DNA of 64,000 nt from Chrysemys picta bellii (Eukaryota): positions 12,524,001-12,588,000 of the forward strand of contig NC_088811.1 in assembly GCF_011386835.1 (NCBI RefSeq), read 5' to 3'. The translations under genes were made by a program, and so were the position numbers. The notes under the pieces were generated by a model. It saw only the letters and a list, made by a program, of their open reading frames with translations. It was not told the origin of the DNA and made no database searches. This document shows, piece after piece, positions 46,099 through 58,290 of the stretch (position 1 is the first letter of the stretch; every line of letters begins with the position of its first letter).

Positions 46099-48624
46099 CC
46101 ACCTCAGCCTTCTCTTTTTATGTACTACAGTTATTACTGCATTCAGTCACTCTGAAACCGAGCTGACATTTGCCATGCTGAGATTGCACTGATTTTTGAC
46201 TGCTGTAATCAGACGGTGAGCTTCCTTTTCTCATGATGGATGGGAGTGGAAGCCTATCACCATACAGAACCATTTTTACCTAAATCTGGGATCTAAATCA
46301 ACCTGCCAGATCCCTTCAACCTCTACCTGGCTTGATCCTTCATTTGATGTCATGAGTCATTTCAAGAATATTGGTGGAATGTTCCATTTTGCACCCTTGT
46401 GCTGAAAGGTAGCACTGTATATAATGGATATGGTGCATCGATTCTTTCATAACTAGGATGCTCAGAGCTCTGATGTGCCTAAGTAAATGATTAGAACATC
46501 TTTCCCCAGCAAGAGACGGTTTTGTTCATTCTCACTGATACAGCTGATTAATTTTCAGAGCGAAAAACAAAGCTGATCTCTTAAATAGAATCAATGGTGA
46601 ACGCATAAGACCTAATGAAGCTTGACAGCCAGAGACCTTCAGGAATTGTTGTTGAATTTCCTACTCCTGGGCTGAGAGAGTGGCTGCATGAGATCCACTA
46701 ATTGCGTGTGTGTTTTGCTTTTAGGAGAATGTAGTGTTTGGGGGGAAGAGGGGTTGTTTTGTTTTCTCCCTAGAAATGCAAAGAATCATGAACTTGAAAT
46801 AACAGGGATAAAATGGAAATGAAAGGGAGATAAAGGAGGAGCCATGAGAGAATAAACTGATGGTGACTTCTAAATGTTAAAAGGATTTATAAAGGATAAA
46901 GTGGAACCACAACCAAGAAAGGAAAGGACACCTCCATTCGCAAGTAATTCTGGGCTTCAGGGTCCCCTCCTGATGGGATTCTGACAGTTTCTGTAGAACT
47001 GTGCTCATGAATTTGCAGCGTCCCCTTTGGGAGTCTATTTGTAAATTCCATGCAGAAGTGTTCTCGAAAATGTATTGGGTAGGAATCTGAACTTGCTTTA
47101 CACCAGTTTGCAACTGGGGTAATGCTGCTGGGTGGCACACGTCTCTGATGTGCATTGGTGTAAATCCACCGGAATTCAGATTTCACAGGAGCTCCAAGGA
47201 AGTCGTCAAAGCCGCAGTGAGGGTTGGAGGAAGGGTTGCCCTAGCCTCAGTGGCTAAGGGCAGGTCCAGACAGTACAGGTACATCTACACTGCAATCATG
47301 TGGCGTGCAGCTCATGTAGACCGATCTGGACACAGCTGAGCTAGCTTTAATCGAATTTGCTTTGTGTGTCCATGCACCCCTATTGTGTGTTCTTCCCGGG
47401 AATTCTGTGGGGAGCAAGTTTGCAGGCAGGGTGTTTGCTCAGGGCAGGGCCTCTTACATGAATTACTGTGGCATATTCATGGAAAGTAAATTTGAATTTA
47501 ATGATCGCAAGAATTTTCACTGGACACCGGATTTCAAGAATGCAACTCTTGCCATCAGAGAAGAGAAATAATACAATGCAGCTTACGTGCCCCAGTCCAA
47601 CCAGTGTGGGTTCGGCACTGAAAATCTGCAGAACACGCTGGCAGGCAGTGGACAGGCTGTGCCCAATTATGTGACCCCTGTTCCTACATGAGTAGTCCCA
47701 GTAACATCCGTGGTATGGCTCACCAGCATCGGGGCTGCCCAGTCAGCTCCTTGGCAAGCAGCCTAGGGACTGAACTACACCCCATGTGTCGAGTAACAAT
47801 GAACAAGTCCGAGGGCATGTCTACACATCCAGTGCTGCAGTGTCTGGTGAAGATGCTCTGTGCTGACGGGGAGAGCTCTAATTGGCATAATAAAACCACC
47901 TCTGCGAACAGCAGAAGCCATGTCATTGGGAGAAGCTCTCCTGTCCCTGAGCAACGTAAGTTCTGCGACAGACTGTAGTGTAGACATAGTCTGAGGCACA
48001 GGAAAACAGGGCTAGGTTCAGTGATTGAACTGTTTGCACCAAAGAGCCTACCCAGGTATATTTTGGATACAACTTTTGTCAGAAAACTAGTTTGTGTCTC
48101 AAGTGATCCATGCATAAGACTAGGGATCACGATGAGTTTCCCTTCGAGGAGGACAATGTTTTTCTAGACAAGACTGACCCTTAGACATGCAAACCACCTC
48201 CAGGCATTTCAGCTGGGACTCCCTGTGGCACTTAACAAAGAAGGTGAAAGCTTCCTTAGAATAGGTATGCAAAAGAGCCTCATGTCAGTGTCACTTGCTT
48301 GTAAAGTGTGTCATCCCTCTCTAGTGGCTGGCCCACATAGAGAATAACAACCTACTATTGCTGCCAGCTAATGGAGTTACCCCTTTATCTCAAGTGATAG
48401 AGGCAAATGCTTTGGTGCTACAAGGCCAGGGTTCAACCCCCAGTGAGGGCTGTTGCATCAGCCATGCTGTGTTCTCTTGGGCTCCTCCCCACCCCAAAAG
48501 CTCCTTTTTGTAGGTAAATGCTTTTTGTTTTCTTTTTTTGTTTTTGTTTTTTATAAAATCCCTTTTTATCTTTCTGCAAACAATCTCTCAGGACATGCAT
48601 GTTAACCATTAACCAGCCATCAGA

Positions 48625-49027
48625 TGAATTTGAATAGTTCATATTTATTTGACCAAATGTAAATCAGGGCAACACTTTGTCCTCAGGAATGATGAACTAG
48701 GAAGAAAATCAGAATGGAGGTTTAAGACACATTCACCAAATGATGAAAACCAGCGTATTTTCAGCATCCATGACACAATGACCGTTTCATACACATGGCA
48801 CATAACCAAGACAAATCAATGGAACCGATAACTGCTTTGATAAGTTAATACTGTGATACAAACAATGTAGCAATGGCCAGTTTCTTAGTGGTCCCGTATA
48901 GTGGGGGATGGCCCGGGAGGAACTCGTTCAGTACAATGTCTACAGGGGAGTTAGTGGAGCTGGAGCAGTTTGAGCTGAACATCTCCTTGAAAGGCAACGG
49001 GTCCTCTAGGTCCTGAAAATCTTAGTC
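48625..49027 (-). other. CNP3: Predicted non-coding third exon (3'UTR) of CNP3
   Basis: Donor ATG|GTAAGA after 49674; acceptor ccttttgtttcctcggcag at 49028-30; AATAAA at 48644-49. Confidence 0.65.
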
Positions 49028-49349
49028 CTGCCGAGGAAACAAAAGGAATACGTGACAGAAAGGAGGTCCGCCAGGTTTCACTAACAGGAACTAATTGACT
49101 TCACTATTCTAGGGCTCGGTTCTGCTCGCTTACCCTGCTCCATGGGGCTTCTCTGGACTTACACCAGCGTCATTGGGGAGCTGGTAAAAGCCTCTCTTGG
49201 CTGGTTTCTCTGAGGCATCTTTGGAGAAGACAGGGGAGGGGTGGGTAAAGCCCTGGAGGTGTAAGATTAATAAACCAAATGTGCAGGTGATGCTGGGGAC
49301 GTCTGTGGAGTTGCACCAACATGAAGTTGGTCCCTTGGGTCTGAGAGGA

Positions 49350-49540
49350 GGGAGGGATAGCTCAGTGGCTGCTAAACCCAGGGTTGTGAGTTCAATCCTT
49401 GAGGGGGCCACTTAGAGATGTGGGGCAAAATCAGTACTTGGCCCTGCTAGTGAAGGCAGGGGCTAGACTTAATGACTTTTCAAGGTCCCTTCCAGTTCTA
49501 GGAGATAGGATATCTCCATTAATTAATTAATTTATTTTTT
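49350..49540 (+). mobile_element. Tortoise Pol III/SINE with internal deletion, in the CNP3 3'UTR intron
   Basis: gggatagctcagtgg^ctgctaaaccc... Confidence 0.88.
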
Positions 49541-49685
49541 AGGGGAGGAGGGATGGCAAGTGCTGTATGTACCTTTTCCTTCAATTCAAGCTCTAAACTC
49601 TTCCTCCTCTACGTACTCATACCCCCCCCCCATATATATACACACACACAGTCTCGCACTGCTTCTCTCTTACCATAGAGAACAG

Positions 49686-49991
49686 TTAGCATCCCAGTCC
49701 GCTCAGGGAGCCAATTCTGTCCAGCTTGACACCAAAACAACCCCTGGACAGGCCCTTTTTGCTCCTGCCTCGGTATCTCCTGGATGACCCCAGAAGATCG
49801 CTGAAGAGCCTCTGGAAAGTACTGTCGCTGATGGGGACCCCCTCGGGCTGGTCCCTGGAGTTTCGGGCCCATTGGAGCTCAGGGTCCTGTTGGTCAAAGG
49901 CACCTGTTGGGATCATGTCTTCTCGCTCTTGGTCCATCTCCTCTGAGGCCAGGGGATGCTCCAGATCTTCATCTAACAGTCTGGACAGGCT
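49686..49991 (-). CDS. CNP3: CNP3 exon 2 ([10 protein letters not shown]...GLGC*)
   Basis: tgtctttcag acceptor; TAA at 49686-88. Confidence 0.95.
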   Translation of the reverse strand, partial: SLSRLLDEDLEHPLASEEMDQEREDMIPTGAFDQQDPELQWARNSRDQPEGVPISDSTFQRLFSDLLGSSRRYRGRSKKGLSRGCFGVKLDRIGSLSGLGC

Positions 49992-51171
49992 CTGAAAGAC
50001 AGGGAGGAGCGTGGGGGAGGTATTGAGGTTCAGACACTCCTTCGATTATTGTCATGTAAACCTACGTCAATGCTAATCTTCAACGAACCCATTTTAAGCT
50101 TGACTCGGAAGGAAAAATGTGCTAAAACATCCACAAAGTAATGATGATGATCACCCGGTCTCATTGCCCTCCACTACCAACTCTGCTTTACGTTGGACAC
50201 CAGCTCTCAGATGCCTTCAGGCTACAGGCTACTGCTATGGTCTTAGTTAGACATGAACAAGAAAAGTGAGGGATGTAAAAGGAGTATCTCCTAAAGCTGG
50301 GAGCCTGGTGTCTGGGCTGATAAACAAAGAGGCTAGGGGGAGGGGGACCTGAAGGAATAGTAAGCAAATGATGGAGATAGTGGAACAGCTGGAGAGAGGC
50401 TAGGCTGATGCTGGAAGGATTACCTCTGAGGAGGCTGGAGGGTTACATGGTATATAGGGATGTTGGACTGACAGTGAGCTAATTAGAAGATACTCTTTCT
50501 ACCAGGGATGCTTAAAATGCTTTTTATTAACAGTGTAGGATCCCTTCTCTCCCTTTCTTTCCTGGGTTTATCAAGCAGGTGACTGAATCCTCTGCAGTTC
50601 CGTTGAGAGAAGATTCCCCTCCTTGTTAATAGCCTGCAGCCAAAACCAGATACTTCGGCTAGAGACAGAGGCAGGTTAGGAACTCGAGGGTGCCCAGAGC
50701 AGGGCTACAGGTGGGAGGACATCCATATTCTGGGTAAGAAAATGCAGCTTCCTTTGCTCTGAAGTTTAATGACTTCACCCAGTCCCAGACTGACCTGAAA
50801 TGTTGCAGTCTCCCTCCTACCCCTGGGGAACAAACAACACTTGACCTCCAATTCTCTAAAGCCAATCGAGATAGAAGTCAGGCAAGGACTAGCTTTGGTT
50901 TTGCTCAGTGAAGTAACCCACGTCTGCTAGCTTCATGACCCCGAAGCTCTTGAGCATCTTCCAGCAGCCAAGGAGGGCTAAGAAGAGCCATATCTAATCT
51001 GAAGCTTTGGAGCCAGTAACTCCAAGTTCCAAGGAATCATCAGCCCCGTGATATTGAAATGAGCAGCTGCTCTCTTACCTGTAAACTGGAGAGGGGTTTG
51101 GCCCTCGCTTGATCCTGGCTGAGGAGAAGCAGCAGCAGAAATCCACAGCAGAAAATAAGCTTCGGGTTCAT
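49686..51171 (-). CDS. CNP3: C-type natriuretic peptide 3 precursor (132 aa)
   Basis: complement(join(49686-49991,51079-51171)). Signal [24 protein letters not shown]; RRYRGRSKK|[22 protein letters not shown] ends at the ring Cys (C-type). Linkage to BNP/ANP identifies the CNP3 lineage rather than mammalian NPPC (CNP4). Confidence 0.9.
51079..51171 (-). CDS. CNP3: CNP3 exon 1 (MNPKL...LSSLQ)
   Basis: CAG|GTAAGA donor. Confidence 0.9.
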
Positions 51172-51275
51172 CTTTGTGTTGTGTTGTCTCCTGCAGCGAT
51201 GGGGCGTCTCTCTGGCTCCTCTTCCCCCTCGAGTCTCTCCAGTTGCAATGTTACTCTGTGTCTCTGGCTACCAGC

Positions 51276-51338
51276 CTTTATACCTTCCCCCAACCCCTCC
51301 CAGGGCCACCTCTGAGCTCCTGCCACAGCCAGGATTGG
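51276..51338 (-). promoter_or_regulatory. CNP3 TATA and CCAAT boxes
   Basis: TATAAAG at 51276-82; CCAAT at 51334-38. Confidence 0.65.
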
Positions 51339-54162
51339 TTTAAGAGGTTCTGATCGGCTTTCATTAGCCCAAGGGGAGGAGGGAGTTTTATTCCCAGCCA
51401 AAAAGAGTTAGAGGAGTGCATTTTTTCACTCCTCAAGCTGTGTGGTAGCACCCTGTAGTTGTTGATCTGCAGCCTGTTCTTCTGATGCCACCTGTATGTC
51501 AGTTTTCTATGCTCAGTGTTGCCGGAGGTGATCACTAAACCTTACGCTTGCTTTTCTGTGCCTCTGTAGAAAAATAATCAAGAGAGAAATATGGAAAGAG
51601 GCAGAATCTACAATGCATTCCCCCCCATACCCACGGCTACTCTGTCATGGCAGAAGAGCACATGCTGGGAGATCTGGGGGTCTCATAGACATGTATGCTA
51701 TAGAAGAGTGTATTCTTTTAATTGCATTGGTACCTGATAGAGAGTGCAAGGGAATTCCAAGTCCTGCAGATATGCCCAATTGTCTCAGAAAGTTGCATTT
51801 GTTGACGTTTAGATTCTTACTGGTTTGGGGGACAAGCCGTGAATTTAGAACCTGATTTAAATGCCGAGAGAGAATTCCCTAGTGTCTTGTGCATAAAGAA
51901 TGAAGACATTCCTCTTCCTCACTGAACGTTTAGACTGGATGCAGCTTGAAAACGTTCTCCTGGGTGTCTTGTTAAATGTACTTTCCCCACGAAGAGCGTA
52001 GCATTTAAATCTGGGACATGCCTGAATCAAACACACACCCCCCTTCCCACCTGCCCCTTCTCCCACACACAGGCTCCTCTGGTGAGCGTTAAAAATGAAA
52101 ACTGAGCTCTACATGTGACTGCAGCAAGTGGCTCCCTCTCTTTCTAATGGATTGACTCAAACCCCCAGATCCAAACATCCCCATGCTTGAGGGATGTCTG
52201 AAATCACCTTAATGCTGGGAGCATCTTCTCTTGCCTTTTCCCTTCTCTCAGGCCTTCGTCTAGGGCAGAAGTGCAGCATAGGGTTATGAGCAGGACTGGA
52301 CCTTTTCCAGTGCTTGACTCTCTCTCTCTTTGGGGCTTTGCTGCAATGGCAGTCTCTGCCTGGGAGTGCAGGCTGGAGCGGCAGCTCTGTCCCAGGTGCC
52401 GCATACGCTCTTCTCCCCTGGTCTGTGGGGAGCACTTCCCTCTAGCGAAGCTGGCACTGCCGGAGGCATTAACAGGAAAGAGTGGTTCTGGCCCTAGTCC
52501 TATCACGGCTGCCCCTACGCAGGGAGGGTGGAAGCTGGGGGATGCCTGGCTCTCCGCTTTGGGTAGCTGTGGGGGCCAGACACAGTCTGGCTTGGGTGTT
52601 GGCTTAAGTCCAGCAAATTAAGGTGGTTGGGTATTTGCTACCCGTTTAACCAGCACACTCAGTGGGGGTGAGCTCCCTTTGCTACATGGCTCTGTGTGCA
52701 TGTCTCTTCCAGAGGCCAGGCCAAGTCCCAAGGCGAGTGAGCGCTCTGCCTGCATGAGGACTGCCTACATCCTTTGGCTTTGGCCCACGGTGGTGACCCT
52801 CTCTAACACATACTGGGGCAAGATCAAGCCCTTCCAGGCTGCAGTAGAGAAGCCCACCAGTGCGGGACATGAGCTCGGTGGGTCCCGGAGGCATCATGTG
52901 GCCAGCGGGAGCAGGGTTGGCCCCCTCCCCCATGCAAGGGGTGTGGTCCTTCAAACAGGGTTATGGGGTGGACTGTCGACATCCCAGCCATTCCATTACA
53001 CCCAGTGACGGCAGGACTCGTGCTACGATTTCTCCACCCATACCTGTCCACACACCCCACTGGTGCGCAAGGGAATGGGAGCCTCACAGGCCTAAAGTCT
53101 TCTAGATTAATCATTGTCTCCGTATTAATGCCAAGTGAGTTCATCCTGAGAATATGCTACATCATAATCCAGAATAAGAGAACTCTGGTGGTGGTTCCCC
53201 GAATTGGAAGAGTTTCTATGTCACTTTAGTTACATGAACTACTTGCAGCACTCAGACATCAGTCTAGGGGAATCGCTCTGTGGAGATGGTGTGAAGCCAT
53301 GGAGTCTCCATCTAACCTTTGAAGCTGGATTGGATTCTTTGTTACAGTTTGGGGTGGGAGGTATCTCTACTGTAACACATAGTAGGTGCTCAGATACCTT
53401 GGTGCTGTGAGGGCATTTTAATAAACCACCACAACCCCAGGCCAATCTCATTTCCTGGAATGTTTTCCACCTACTTTCGACCCCCAAATTAACCCTTTTA
53501 TCTGATCAGAGAAAGAAGAGCAATTTAATCAGCCACTTCCCCACTCTCAGGGCCTGAAATCTGGGCCCACTGAAGGCAATCCAAATTTCCCTGGAAGAGG
53601 AATAATACATCTTTAGCTCACACAAAGCTCTATTCCCCACACGTTGTGCAGCGCGTTTGGGCCATTAAGCTGAAGTCTTGTGGAGAAAATGGAAATGATG
53701 CGCCATCTGGCTTTTTATTAGGCATAATTTCATCGAGATTGAGATTCGCATTGGCGCCGGATGTTTGAAAGGAATTTCTCTCTCTGTGTGTGTGAATGTA
53801 TTCAGCGCTTTCACCATTTATTCCTCTGTGAAATCAATTTAAAACACAATGGTTAAAGGCCTTGCTGGAAATGGGTATTCTAAGGAGAAGGGTTATAAGC
53901 ATCCCCTTATGACAGAGGGGGAAGATGGATGTTATTAGATCTCTGGGCTGTTGTTTTGTTGATACAGCCACATTTAATCTGAGCCCTATTGAGAAGAGAA
54001 ATCATTAAAGCCACAGCATTTGCACTGGCAAACAATGGCACAAGAACATTTTCCCTTTTGGAGGATTTGAGGCGGGATCTGAGCACCTTCAATAAACAAA
54101 TATATAAAGATTGACAGTCAGAGATGTCATTTCTCCTGCGTATGATCTGGTTCTCATTTGCC

Positions 54163-54180
54163 GGGGGGGGGGGGGGGGGG
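54163..54180. repeat. G18 homopolymer
   Basis: Direct. Confidence 0.9.
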
Positions 54181-55261
54181 CGTTGAAAACTGGTCCTATG
54201 TCTGTATATATCTATAGGAGATCACAATGTCTGATTGTCATCAAAATAACGGTGACTGTCCTGTGGTTTCGAGTCGTGCTTCAGACTTGAATCCTTAGCA
54301 GCACCTCTGCATTGTGAGTTCTACAGGGGATGAGCGGTAGTTTGTTGTTTGCCCCTCTCACTTAGGTGGGGAAGGGGATTGCCCCATTAGCTTTCCATCC
54401 CCTTTCACTAGCCCTAGATGGGTGGGGATGTAGAAAGAAAAGGGTGTAAAAGAAGCAGCCCTTCCCATTGATCTTCCATCTCCTCCTTACACCATCCTGG
54501 TGGCGGCTTTTCCTGCCCCAGCCCCACATTCCCCTTCATCATGTCAGTTGCACTGACTTACTGCTGTGTAACTGACACTGCAATTTACCATTACCTCTGA
54601 ATTCGCTCTCTGGCGTCCAGGCCTGGGGAGGGATGAAGCAGAGGCCCCGTGGAACAGCAGAACGGCAGGGGTTTCAGATACATGATGGATTTGGCTAAAG
54701 ACAAGGGGTAATGCAACCCAAGAGCTGTCCTATCCAACTGGAGTTTTGCTATCTGCTGCCGGAGGAGGGTGCCATTCACAGGTGGGAGAGAATATTTGGG
54801 AGTTTGGGGCCATGGCAGCATGAGACAAAAATCTGTTTCCGTTGTGACTTTGGACTCCAGAGTGAGCAGCTGTCTGTCTGTCTCTCTATTACAGTGCTAC
54901 CTTCACCACTGCCCACTCTTCCTCTCCCAAAGACACTCAAAGAACAGTTACCAGAGAGATCTGCTCTGCTCTTGTTGTTACTAGTGTCCTAGGAAAGGAC
55001 CAGACCCCATGGGAATTTGAGGCAACAGTTCAGTCAGAAAGGAAGCTACGTGGCTTCGAAGCCACAGCCTTCTCGATCTTTGGAAGGAGATGAAAATGCT
55101 AGACGTGGCGGACTGAATTAGTGGTGCTAGCATGGCAGGAGGCTTTCAGCATAACTTCACCATTGTTTCTATGGTGGTTTTAGGACTCGAGAAGGTAAAT
55201 ACAGGTCAGAAGTATCCTTGGAGTAGCTGAATGGACGGACCAGGGTTAGGGTATGAGCCTT

Positions 55262-55451
55262 CGGACTTGGGAGTCCTGGGTTCATGTCTCTGCTGTGTCA
55301 TAGACCTCCTGTGACCTTGGGCAAGTCCCTTAGCCTCTCTGTGCCTCCATTCCCCATCTGTGAATTGGGGGTATTCGCACTGCCCTGCCTTACAACAGTG
55401 TTGTGAGGATAAATACACTAAAGACTATGAGGCACTCCAATACTACGGTGA
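55262..55451 (+). mobile_element. MIR/CORE-SINE
   Basis: gtgaccttgggcaagtcccttagcctctctgtgcctc..catctgt core. Confidence 0.8.
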
Positions 55452-55754
55452 CTCGCACCAGCTATTTACCTTCGATAGATTGGCGCTGGACTCCTAATCT
55501 TCATATGACCGAGAATGCAATACCAGGTGGACTACCTGACCATCCTTTGGCATGAACCACGCCTGCCAGAATTTGATAGACAGGCATTGCTGGCCCACTC
55601 AGAGGCTCCCATCTGTCCTTCCCAGGGCAAGATGGTGGTAATGGAAAGTTTGACAGGTCTGGAGAAGTTCCAGATGCCTCTTCACTCCCTGTCCCAAGCT
55701 GTTGGGGAGTGTTGCTTTGTGCTTTTGAACTTAGATGTGGCTGCACAGCACTTC

Positions 55755-56015
55755 ACAGGTATTCAGGCCAGAAGGTACCATTATAATCAGCCAGTCTGAT
55801 CGTCTGCATAAAAACAGGCCAGAGAATTGCACCCAGATTTGTGTGTTGAAGCAGAGCATGTCACTTAGAAAGACCTCCAATTCGGATCTAAAAATTCTGC
55901 GTGACGAGTTCACCACCTCCCTTGGGAATTTGTTCCTATGGTTAATTAGCATCTTCTATTCTGTTTGAACTGGCTGACTTCAGCTTCCAGCTCTTGTATC
56001 TTGTTATGCTAGATT
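55755..56015 (-). mobile_element. Degenerate CR1 3' fragment
   Basis: ggccagaaggtaccatt...caccacctcccttggg...cagcttccag pattern. Confidence 0.55.
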
Positions 56016-56900
56016 AAATAAAATGAATGATTGTCGGTAGATTAAGGAGGTCCTGACTCCATCTTGCAGAAGCCATGGTAGCTATTTTCTACCATTTAAT
56101 GTAGGAGGACAGTATCAATAGAGCCCCTCTGACTTCATTGGCTCTACTTTCTTAGACCTCCAGGTGAACCTCACTGAGAAATATTCAGCACAGAACATTT
56201 TGTGGAAGAGCCAGGAATTGAACCTGGATTTCCAGGATGTTAGGTAAATGCTTAAACCACAAGACCATCCTTCATTCCATAGTGATAGGAGGTGAAGTAA
56301 ATTCTATATGTAGTCTGTCCACTCTGCAAAGTCTGTAGAAGACAATGGGAAGGTGCTATATAAATGCAAGATTTGGGATTTGTTACCGGAGGTGGGAAGG
56401 ATTCATACGAACCATTTTCTATTTTTAGTGTCAAGTTGTGGAGCTCTGCTGAGGTCCAGCAACAGAAGCAGAGCAGGCCTGGGGGTATAAAGAGAATCTA
56501 GTCAGAACAGGCAGTTTATCAGCTAAGGGGGAAAATGTCCTGGGTGGGTGGGTAGGTGCGTATATATTATTGCATATCCACATGTATATCAGTAATGTGA
56601 CAAAATTCGCCAGTGTCCATGTCCTTAAAACCATTACAACGCTATTCAAAGACTTGCGTCCTCTAGAGCATTGGCCATTCTTGAGGTATTTGTAATACAG
56701 TTTTAAATTGTCATCTTTCACATTGTTGTTTAATTACTTGTATTGCGGGGCCCAGTAACGGACGAAGGCCCTTGCGCCAGGTGCTGTACAAACACAGAAC
56801 AAAGACAGTCCCTGTCCCTTAAAGTTTGCAATGTGAAGTGCACAGGCCATTCATTTAATAGAACAGACAGAGAGAGACTGTTGGGGACCAGGACGTGGTC

Positions 56901-57375
56901 TGTCAGGCCTAGTGGGCCAGAGCAGAACTCAGGAGCTAGGAAACGGAGCTGAGGGTCAGAGCCAGAGTCGGAGGCCAAATGCCAGGGCTGAGGGTCAGAG
57001 CCAGAATTGGGGTCAGTTGAGCCAAGGCTCAGAGCTGGAGTCCGAGAACAGAGGTAGAGATCAGGAACCTAGCGGGAACCAGAGAAGCAAGAATGGGGGA
57101 CCAGTCAGATGGGCAGAGCTCAAGAGTCAAGCAAGAAGGCAGGGTCTGATGTAGCAGCCAGGAACCTCACCTGGTTGCATAGATGTCTTGTCTTTGTGCC
57201 GCTTTCTGGCTTAAATAACTCAGCTGGACCAATCAGTAGGGCCAGGCACTTCTCCAGCCACCACTCTTGTGCGCTGTGCCTCTGGCAGGGCTAGGTTTCA
57301 CTAGCCATTCAACCCACCAGCTGCTAACAACCTGTGGGAGGGTTACCTGGAGACCTGTGGACCTGGATCCTCACA
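56901..57375 (-). mobile_element. Possible solo-LTR-like element
   Basis: TG...CA ends; 18-bp direct repeat gctgagggtcagagccag at 56948 and 56987; ATTGG..TATTTAA on the - strand; no TSD seen. Confidence 0.3.
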
Positions 57376-58080
57376 GAAAGGGCAATCTGGCTCCATCCAG
57401 GCAGCGTCTGTGTCCAGAGCGAAGTCATTAGGAGAAGCCATTTGGTAAATATCTCCTATTTCTCATACATTGTCCATTCCAGATTTCCTCTGCTGGGTCT
57501 TCAGTAGCATTGGAAATCTGGGCTGGATCCAATTAGAAAACAGAGGCATCATCACCACGCTTCAGTCCCTAGGGAGGAAGAAACTCTTGGGGTTGCTGGG
57601 AAATAGCAGGAGGCCATTAAATGACTTTGTGCCCATTTCCAAAAGTGTCTTCACTCTGCCATTGACATGGAAATGTCTCTGCGGAGAAAAGCAGATGGGC
57701 CGACGCCCTCATGTCTCCTCCAGAAATACTTCCCTGCTCTCCTCAGTGCCTTTTCCCCATTAGCAGCTGAGATCCAGGCTCCTGAAAGGAGTGAGTCAGC
57801 CCCCTGGGGGCAAAGTGGCATGGGCTGCTGCTTCTCTGTGTGAACCACATCTGTACTGAGCACAATAGAAGCCTGTTGGGACTGGATCTGGGCAAGGCTG
57901 CCTTGCTTGTTCTTTCTGCTCATGACAGCTGCCCCCCAGTGCTCTTCCTAAACCGGCGGGGAGGAGGGACACGGGAAAAAAATCGACATCTTGCAAAGAC
58001 AGAGCCAGCTCTGCAGGTGACATGAATGCTCAGGCTACCGCTGGCCCGATGCATAGACTCTGGAGACTACATTGCCTAGA

Positions 58081-58290
58081 TGTTAAAGCAAGGCACTGGG
58101 AGTTGGGACCTGTCCAGTTTAGTCCCAGTTCTGCTACAGATTGGTCATGTGACCTTGGACAAGTCCCTTAGCTCCTCTGCTTTCCCATCTGTAAAATGGG
58201 GATGATGGCCCGGACTTACCTTGCAGCAGTGTGGTAAGGCTTGCGTAATGTGTGTAAAGTGCTTTGAGATCCTGGCATGACAGGCCCTAT
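58081..58290 (+). mobile_element. MIR/CORE-SINE
   Basis: gtgaccttggacaagtccctt...catctgtaaaatgggga...taaagtgctttg. Confidence 0.8.
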
